Source of the DNA: Vicinamibacteria bacterium | Lineage (GTDB): Bacteria > Acidobacteriota > Vicinamibacteria > Marinacidobacterales > Marinacidobacteraceae | Reading direction: 5' to 3' | NCBI GenBank assembly: GCA_963422395.1 | Contig: OY729431.1 | Span: forward strand, 2,048,001 to 2,112,000 | Length of the DNA stretch: 64,000 bases | Shown: positions 57,557 through 64,000 of the stretch, piece by piece | Numbering within the stretch: position 1 is the first letter of the stretch | How the letters are laid out: each line of letters begins with the position of its first letter | Made by a program: the position numbers and the translations under genes | Notes under the pieces: generated by a model | The model's database searches: none | Seen by the model: only the letters and a program-made list of their open reading frames with translations | What the model was told of the DNA's origin: nothing

Positions 57557-59017
57557 TTGCGAGAGCAGCGTGGCGAGGGCCGCTACAACCTGGTGGTCCT
57601 CGGGGCGGGAACCGCAGGGCTGGTGACGGCGGCCGGCACCGCAGGACTCGGAGGCCGGGTCGCGCTCGTGGAAGCCGCCAGGATGGGGGGAGATTGTCTC
57701 AACTTCGGCTGCGTGCCTTCCAAGGCGCTCGTCGCCGCCTCGAAGCGGATCCAGGCGATCCGCAACGCCGAAGCGTACGGACTCGACGCCATGGAACCCC
57801 GCTTCCGGTTCGAGCGCGTCTTCGAACACCTGCGGGAGCGCCGCGCCCGGATCGCCCCGAACGACTCGGTGCAGCGCTTCACCGGGCTCGGAGTGGATGT
57901 CTTCGAGGCCCGCGCCCGCTTCCTCAGCCGACGCGAGGTGGAACTCGACGACGGGACCCGGCTCGCCGGCGCCCACTTCGTGATCGCCACCGGCGCGATG
58001 CCCGAGATCCCGACCATCCCGGGTCTGGACGAGATCCCGTTTCTGACGAACGAGACTTTCTTCGACACCCAGGAGGCCGCCCCGGAGTCGCTGCTGGTGC
58101 TCGGCGGCGGCCCCGTCGGCTGCGAACTCGGCCAGGTGATGCGGCGGCTCGGGGTTCGGGTCACCCTCCTCACCGATCAGGATCGATTGCTGCCGCGCGA
58201 TGATTCGGACGCCTCCCGGGTGCTCCACGAGGTGTTCGCCGAGGAGGGCATCGAGATCGTTACCGAAAGCCGCGTCCGGCGTTTCGCCGAAGTGCCCGGT
58301 GCGGGGATCCGGGCGGAGATCGAGACCCCCCACGGGACGCGCTCTCTCGAAGCGTCGCGGTTGCTCGTCGCCGCCGGACGTTCGCCGAATGTGGAGGACC
58401 TCGGCCTCGACGCTGCAGGGGTCCGATACGACATCCGGAAAGGCGTCCCGGTGGACGCCGCGCTCCGCACGAATATCCGGCACATCTACGCCTGCGGCGA
58501 TGTGGCCAGCCCCTTCCGGTTCACCCACACCGCCGACTACCAGGCCCGCCTGGTGGTGCGGAACATCCTCGTCCCCGCTCCCCTGCCGCGGGCGAGAGCC
58601 GACTACCGCCATGTTCCCTGGGTCACCTTCGTGGATCCGGAGATCGCCCACTTCGGACTCCGCGAGGAGGACGCCCGCGCGCAGGGCATCGCGGTGGATG
58701 TCCACCGGCACGAGAACGACGACCTCGACCGGGCGGTCACCGAGTCCGCCACCCGCGGCTTCGTGAAGGTCGTCACCCGGAAGCGCGGGGACGAAATCCT
58801 GGGCGCCACCGTCTGCGGCCCACGCGCCGGCGAGATCCTCCACGAGATCCTGGTGGCGGCGAAGCACGGCGTCGGCCTCGCCGCCCTCGCCTCGACCATC
58901 CACGCCTATCCCACCTGGTCCCAAGCGGTGCAGCGAGTGGCCGATTCCTACCAGCGAACCCGCCTCACTCCCCGCGTGCGGGCGCTCTTCGAACGGCTCT
59001 ATCGAAGGCGGCGATGA
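57557..59017 (+). CDS. FAD-dependent pyridine nucleotide-disulfide oxidoreductase (LpdA/MerA-like, not a true MerA)
   Basis: GAGTAG, GGDCLNFGCVPSK, GGGPVG, HAYPT; no C-terminal Cys-Cys; start approximate. Confidence 0.88.
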   Translation: MREQRGEGRYNLVVLGAGTAGLVTAAGTAGLGGRVALVEAARMGGDCLNFGCVPSKALVAASKRIQAIRNAEAYGLDAMEPRFRFERVFEHLRERRARIAPNDSVQRFTGLGVDVFEARARFLSRREVELDDGTRLAGAHFVIATGAMPEIPTIPGLDEIPFLTNETFFDTQEAAPESLLVLGGGPVGCELGQVMRRLGVRVTLLTDQDRLLPRDDSDASRVLHEVFAEEGIEIVTESRVRRFAEVPGAGIRAEIETPHGTRSLEASRLLVAAGRSPNVEDLGLDAAGVRYDIRKGVPVDAALRTNIRHIYACGDVASPFRFTHTADYQARLVVRNILVPAPLPRARADYRHVPWVTFVDPEIAHFGLREEDARAQGIAVDVHRHENDDLDRAVTESATRGFVKVVTRKRGDEILGATVCGPRAGEILHEILVAAKHGVGLAALASTIHAYPTWSQAVQRVADSYQRTRLTPRVRALFERLYRRRR

Positions 59018-59709
59018 AGCGGACCTTCGGCATCGGCGCGCTCCTCGTTCTGGTGGCGGCGGCGGCGTTCCTCTGGTTACCCGTCGGGGAGTGGATCGAG
59101 GCGGGGGCCGGGCGCGCCCAGGGGATGGGCGCCTCCGGCATCCTGTTCTTCGCCGCGCTCTACGCGGTCGCCACCGTCTTCGCGATCCCGGGCTCGGCGC
59201 TCACCCTGATCGCCGGAGGCGCTTTCGGTTTCGCCGAAGGAACCCTCGCGGTCTGGACCGGCGCCGTCGCCGGGCTCTCGCTCGCCTTCCTCGCCGCCCG
59301 GCATCTCGCCCGCGACCGGGTAGCCCGCTGGCTCGCCGCCAAGCCGCCCTTCGCCGCAGTGGACCGCGCAGTGGCCGCGGAGGGGGGGAAGATCGTCCTC
59401 CTCACCCGGCTCACCCCGGTCTTCCCCTTCACCCTGCTGAACTACGCCTACGGACTGACCGGAGTGAAGTTCTCCTCCTATCTGTTCGCCTCTGCCGGCG
59501 GCATCCTCCCCGGCACCTCGTTCTACCTCTACCTCGGGAGCAGCGCGGCGCGGACGGTCTCCGGCCAGGCGGAAACTCTCGAACTCCTGCTGCGCCTCGG
59601 CGGTCTGACCGCCTTCTCGCTGGTGACCATCCTGATCACCCGGATCGCCCGGAAGGCGCTTCGGGAAGCGGGCGTGGGGCCGAATGTCGAGTCCGGGGCC
59701 GGGTCCTGA
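59014..59709 (+). CDS. TVP38/TMEM64 (DedA superfamily) membrane protein
   Basis: PGSALTL..G..FG, LLTRLTPVFPFTLLNYAYGLT, GILPGT; ATGA overlap. Confidence 0.9.
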   Translation: MKRTFGIGALLVLVAAAAFLWLPVGEWIEAGAGRAQGMGASGILFFAALYAVATVFAIPGSALTLIAGGAFGFAEGTLAVWTGAVAGLSLAFLAARHLARDRVARWLAAKPPFAAVDRAVAAEGGKIVLLTRLTPVFPFTLLNYAYGLTGVKFSSYLFASAGGILPGTSFYLYLGSSAARTVSGQAETLELLLRLGGLTAFSLVTILITRIARKALREAGVGPNVESGAGS

Positions 59710-59713
59710 CGCG

Positions 59714-62485
59714 ATGACCCTCGCAAGGCGATCCCTGATCGTCGTCTCGGCGCTCCTGCTCGTCAACGCCGGCTACCTCATCGCGGCCCGCGGAGCGAAC
59801 CTCTTCCACGCCGCGCAGATCCTGCTGCACCCGGTGCTCGGGATCGCGGCGCTGAAACTGGTCTTCTGGTCGTGGAAGGCCCTCGGGCCGGCGCTCCGCC
59901 GCAACCCGCTCCGCCGCTGGTTCCTGGCTTCCGGCGGTCTTTCGGCCCTCACCGGCCTCGGACTCCTGATCTTCGGCTCTTCGCCGGCCACCCGGCCCCT
60001 GCTGGCCCTCCACCTCGCCGCCGCTGCCGGGCTCGCGGCACTGCTCGCCCGCAGGCGCCTCCTGGCCGCGCCGCTGCTGCTCGGCGCGGCGATCGCAGCG
60101 GGAGGATTGGTTCGACCTCTCCTGCCCGACCCGGGGCCGGCGCTGAACGCCGGACTCCCTCCGGCGGAGATGGCCGGCGAAGCGATGGGGGGCGCCGACG
60201 GGCCGTTCTTCCCCTCGGCGGCGGAAACCGGGCACGGCGGGCTCATCCCCGAGGAGTTCTTCCTCGGAAGCGGCGAGTGCGGGCGCTGCCACGGCGACAT
60301 CACCACCCAGTGGAGCGAATCGGCACATCGCTTCTCCTCCTTCGACAATCCCTGGTACCGGCGCTCCATCGAGTACATGCAGAGCGTGGTGGGGGTCACC
60401 CCGTCCAAGTGGTGCGCCGGCTGCCACGACCACGCCGTGCTCTTCAGCGGCCTCATGGACCAGCCGCTGGCCGAGATCGTGGACCGCCCATCGGCGAGCG
60501 CCGGACTCGGCTGCGTCTCCTGCCACGCGATCACCCAGGTGAAGGACACCATGGGAAACGCCGGCTTCGTCATCGAGTACCCCGCGATGCACGACCTCGC
60601 CGTTTCCGAGGACCCGTTGCTGCGGACGCTCCACGACCTCGTGATCCACCTCGACCCCGAACCCCACCGGCAGGCCTTTCTGAAGCCGCTCCACACCGGC
60701 GACAGCTCGGCCTTCTGCTCCACCTGCCACAAGGTGCACCTCGACCGGCCGGTGAACGACTACCGCTGGCTGCGCGGCTTCAACAGCTACGACAACTGGC
60801 AGGCGAGCGGGGTCTCGGGCGAGGGCGCCCGCTCGTTCTACTACCCCGAGACGCCGAAGACCTGCGCCGACTGCCACATGCCGCCGGTGGCGGGAGAGGA
60901 TCCGGCCGCCCGGAACGGACTCCTTCGCTCCCATCGCTTCGCCGCCGCGAACACGGCACTCCCGACCCACTTCGGGCTCGACGAGCAGCTCGAAGCGGTC
61001 CGGGACTTCCTCCGCGCCGGACAGGTGACGGTGGACATCTTCGGCCTCGTACGCGAAGACGAGGGAGAAGCCGCCGGCTCGGAAACGATTCCCGGCGGTG
61101 CGGACCCGCTGGCGCTCGCCTCGACCTTCGCGGTGGGAGAAGAAGCGGCGCCGGCGCCCGGGCGCTACTCCCCTGCGCGGCCGCTCGGCGAGCTGAGCGC
61201 GCCGCTCGACGAAGTCCTCCCCGCTCTGGTGCCCGGCGAAACGGTGCGGGTGGAGGTCGTGGTGCGCACCCGGAATGTGGGGCATTTCTTCCCGAGCGGC
61301 ACGGTGGACGCCCACGATGTCTGGGTGGAGTTCCGCGCCGAGGACGCCGCCGGGCGGCCCTTCTTCTGGAGTGGGTTCACCGGCGAGGACGGCGAAACCT
61401 CGGACGCCGCGGTGGAACCCTCGGCCCACTTCTTCCGCTCGCTCCTGCTCGACGCCCGGGGAAACCCGATCGACAAGCGAAACGCCTGGGCCGCGCGCAG
61501 TGCGCTCTACATCTCCCAGATCCCCCCCGGTGCCGCCCACACGATCCGCTACCGCCTGGAGGTCCCCGACGAGGTCCAGGGGCCGGTGACCCTGACCGCC
61601 CGGCTGAACTACCGGAAGTTCGACTGGCGGCACACCCAGTGGACATTCCGCGGCCAGCTCGGGGAAGGCGAGGTCGCCGCTGCATACGACGATCGCGAAG
61701 TCCGCTTCGACGAAGCGGTAAAAGCCCCCGAGGTGCCGATCGTCGAGATGGCGGCCGCCTCGCTGCAGCTTCCGGTGGCAGTAGCTGCTGCTGCCGCTGC
61801 GGAACCGCCGCCGGGAGACCTCTCCCGGGCGCTCCGCTTCAACGATTACGGCATCGGCATGCTGCTCCAGGGCGATCTCCGGGCGGCGGAGGCAGCGTTT
61901 TCCACCGTGGCCCGGCTCGCTCCCGAATACCCGGACGCCCCGGTCAACCTCGCCCGGGTCCGACTTCGGGAGGGCGATCCCGAGGGTGCCCTGGAGGCGG
62001 TCGAAGCCGCGCTCGCGCTCGCACCCGGCCTGCCCCGGGCACTGTTCTTCCGGGCGATGGCGAAAAAGGCGCTCGGCCGCTACGACGAGGCGCTCGCCGA
62101 CCTCGCGGCGGTACAGCAGATCCATCCGCGGGACCGGGTGGTGAACAACCAGGTGGGCCGGCTGCTGTTCCTGAAACGCGACTACGCCGAAGCGGCGGCG
62201 GCGCTCGAAGAAACGCTCGCCATCGATCCCGAGGATCTCGAAGCCCACTACAACCTGATGCTCGCCTTCCAGGGGCTCGCCGATCCCGAGCGGGCGGCGC
62301 GCCACCGGACGCTCTATCTGCGGTTCAAGGCCGACGAATCCGCCCAGTTCGTAACCGGTGCATACCGGAGGACCCATCCCGAGGACAACAACGAGCGCCT
62401 CGCCATCCACGAACACCGAAACGCGCTTCGCGCCGCCGGGAAGGAATCTCCCGGGGGCGAATTCTCCGAAAACGGATCTCGATGA
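59714..62485 (+). CDS. Membrane-anchored pentaheme cytochrome c with C-terminal TPR repeats
   Basis: N-terminal TM helices; CGRCH, CAGCH, CVSCH, CSTCH, CADCH; GHFFPSG; TPRs. Confidence 0.85.
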   Translation: MTLARRSLIVVSALLLVNAGYLIAARGANLFHAAQILLHPVLGIAALKLVFWSWKALGPALRRNPLRRWFLASGGLSALTGLGLLIFGSSPATRPLLALHLAAAAGLAALLARRRLLAAPLLLGAAIAAGGLVRPLLPDPGPALNAGLPPAEMAGEAMGGADGPFFPSAAETGHGGLIPEEFFLGSGECGRCHGDITTQWSESAHRFSSFDNPWYRRSIEYMQSVVGVTPSKWCAGCHDHAVLFSGLMDQPLAEIVDRPSASAGLGCVSCHAITQVKDTMGNAGFVIEYPAMHDLAVSEDPLLRTLHDLVIHLDPEPHRQAFLKPLHTGDSSAFCSTCHKVHLDRPVNDYRWLRGFNSYDNWQASGVSGEGARSFYYPETPKTCADCHMPPVAGEDPAARNGLLRSHRFAAANTALPTHFGLDEQLEAVRDFLRAGQVTVDIFGLVREDEGEAAGSETIPGGADPLALASTFAVGEEAAPAPGRYSPARPLGELSAPLDEVLPALVPGETVRVEVVVRTRNVGHFFPSGTVDAHDVWVEFRAEDAAGRPFFWSGFTGEDGETSDAAVEPSAHFFRSLLLDARGNPIDKRNAWAARSALYISQIPPGAAHTIRYRLEVPDEVQGPVTLTARLNYRKFDWRHTQWTFRGQLGEGEVAAAYDDREVRFDEAVKAPEVPIVEMAAASLQLPVAVAAAAAAEPPPGDLSRALRFNDYGIGMLLQGDLRAAEAAFSTVARLAPEYPDAPVNLARVRLREGDPEGALEAVEAALALAPGLPRALFFRAMAKKALGRYDEALADLAAVQQIHPRDRVVNNQVGRLLFLKRDYAEAAAALEETLAIDPEDLEAHYNLMLAFQGLADPERAARHRTLYLRFKADESAQFVTGAYRRTHPEDNNERLAIHEHRNALRAAGKESPGGEFSENGSR

Positions 62486-62769
62486 CCTCCCGCAGCGGTT
62501 CGGGCCTCTTCGAACGGGCATTTCGCGTCCCCTGCTGAAGACCTCGATTCCAGCTCGCCGGCCACCCGGCGCTGCCTCGGTCGGAGGCCGCCCCGTTCCC
62601 GCAGGTGGACACGAACTCCACCCTCTACTACCCCTGTCTCCCGTGAAGAGCCCGGGGGAGCGTCGTTCCGAGGGAAGTCCGAATTCTGATTGCTAGGATA
62701 GAAGTCCTGCTGATGGAATTCGCGCGTCGTTTCGGACTCGATGCACGAGTGGAACTCGAAGGAGGATGA
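62482..62769 (+). pseudogene. 95-codon frame with two internal TGA codons, ATGA-overlapping at both ends
   Basis: ATG 62482 overlaps the cytochrome stop; internal TGA at 62536 and 62644; final TGA overlaps ATG 62766. Confidence 0.3.
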
Positions 62770-64000
62770 GATCGCCTGGCGTAGCAGCCTGTGGATAAAG
62801 TGGCGCGAGCCCCAAGATCGGGGAGGCGCCCGGCGGACGAGGCGCGATTCGGGAGGCATACCGGGAGTATTCCGACGGAATCGCAACGCCGAGCCAAGCG
62901 TTCAGGCGGGGCCCCCACCGGGAGGACTGGGCATCGCCGACCTTTGGCCGTGTGACTTCGTCCTCAGGCTGCTAGCCTTTGACCCGCGCACCGGGACGCT
63001 GTTCGCCGGGGCGCTGTTCGCCGGATTCGCCCTCATCGCCGAAGGCGCGGCGGACGGACCGCGGTTCGTGGAGGTGACCGAGGCCGCCGGCATCCGTTTC
63101 CTCCACGAAAACGGCGCTTTCGGCGACAAGTACCTGCCGGAGACGATGGGCAGCGGAGTCGCCTTCTTCGACGCCGACGGCGACGGCGACCAGGATCTCC
63201 TCTTCGTGAACAGCCGCCGCTGGCCGGATCGCCGCGAGGGCCCCGCCCCCACCGCCGCGCTCTACCGGAACCGAGGCGACGGCACCTTCGAGGACGCCAC
63301 CGCAGGCTCCGGGCTCGACCTCCCGCTCTACGGCATCGGAGCGGCCATCGCCGACTACGACGGCGACGGCGACCAGGATGTCTATCTGGCGGTGCTCGGG
63401 CCCAACCGGCTGCTCGAGAACGACGGCGGCGGGGCGTTTCGGGAAGCGCCGGCATCGGCATCGGTGGCTCACCCCGGCTTTTCCAGCGGGGCGACCTGGT
63501 TCGACGCCGACGCCGACGGCGATCTGGACCTGTTCGTCCTGAACTATGTCGAGTGGTCCATCGAGGCGGACATCTTCTGCGCCCTCGACGGCGTGCACAA
63601 GAGTTACTGCACCCCGGAGTCCTACGACGGAGCGAGCGCCGCGCTCTACCGGAACGACGGTGCGAACGGCTTCACCGACATCACCGAAGCCGCCGGGCTC
63701 TTCGAGCCGCGCGGCAAGGGTCTCGGGGTGGCGGCGTTCGACTTCGACGACGACGGGCTCCCCGACCTCGCGGTCGCCAACGACACCCAACCCAACTACC
63801 TCTATCGGAACCTCGGAGGCGGGCGGTTCGAGGATGTCGGGGTGCTCGCCGGAATCGCCTTCGCCGAGAACGGAGCTGCGCGCGGAGCGATGGGAATCGA
63901 TGCCTCGGACTACGACGGGGACGGCTGGCCGGACCTCGTGATCGGCAACTTCTCGAACGAGATGGTGTCGCTCTACCACAACGAGGGCGTCGGTTTCTTC
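62741..64000 (+). CDS. CRTAC1-family FG-GAP/VCBS repeat protein (3' truncated by window edge; 5' end interrupted by the MITE)
   Basis: FVEVTEAAGIRFLHENG..KYLPETMGSGVAFFDADGDGDQDL and repeated DxDGDGxxDL / LYRN motifs; absent from the ORF track because it runs off the edge. Confidence 0.88.
   Translation, partial: MHEWNSKEDEIAWRSSLWIKWREPQDRGGARRTRRDSGGIPGVFRRNRNAEPSVQAGPPPGGLGIADLWPCDFVLRLLAFDPRTGTLFAGALFAGFALIAEGAADGPRFVEVTEAAGIRFLHENGAFGDKYLPETMGSGVAFFDADGDGDQDLLFVNSRRWPDRREGPAPTAALYRNRGDGTFEDATAGSGLDLPLYGIGAAIADYDGDGDQDVYLAVLGPNRLLENDGGGAFREAPASASVAHPGFSSGATWFDADADGDLDLFVLNYVEWSIEADIFCALDGVHKSYCTPESYDGASAALYRNDGANGFTDITEAAGLFEPRGKGLGVAAFDFDDDGLPDLAVANDTQPNYLYRNLGGGRFEDVGVLAGIAFAENGAARGAMGIDASDYDGDGWPDLVIGNFSNEMVSLYHNEGVGFF
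62782..62974 (+). mobile_element. Complete non-autonomous MITE-like element (191 bp plus duplicated TA)
   Basis: Terminal inverted repeats TAGCAGCCTGTGGATAAAGT / ACTTCGTCCTCAGGCTGCTA (17/20), TA at both ends, no transposase, homologous copies elsewhere in the window. Confidence 0.85.

Noticed and set aside
57557-59017. Mercuric reductase merA
   Set aside because: No C-terminal Cys-Cys pair, no NmerA domain and no mer genes nearby

Overview
High-GC (roughly 70% by eye) bacterial chromosome segment. The gene content (GWxTD, CRTAC1/FG-GAP, SpoIVB-like S55, VPS10-type hydrolase, FecR/DUF6600) suggests Acidobacteriota; this is inference. Most of the window is core genes: glpX end, NrdR-controlled nrdJ, mtaB, a lactate permease, a his pathway split into two convergent blocks, pheST, tRNA-fMet, tRNA-Thr, rsgA, hflX, mltG and rnhB. 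It also holds a complete type I restriction-modification locus and several uncharacterised envelope modules. Main observations: (1) a TA-flanked MITE-like repeat family, with one complete 191-bp copy and at least six remnants, that sits in gene termini and supplies or removes start/stop codons; excising the complete copy restores an ATG-to-signal-peptide frame for the CRTAC1-like gene; (2) near-absence of the tetramer ACGT, with ATGT/ACAT in its place, as expected from long-term m5C methylation or restriction avoidance; (3) enzymes with altered catalytic motifs (an S41 protease with Cys/Arg next to mltG, a Fic domain without His); (4) an archaeal-type RNase HII and Chloroflexota-like PheST; (5) a flavoprotein-DedA-pentaheme/TPR-CRTAC1 operon and a SpoIVB-propeller-glycosyltransferase operon of unknown function. 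Two single-G frameshifts look like assembly errors. I found no CRISPR array, integrase, transposase or phage genes. All family assignments come from motif recognition, not database searches.
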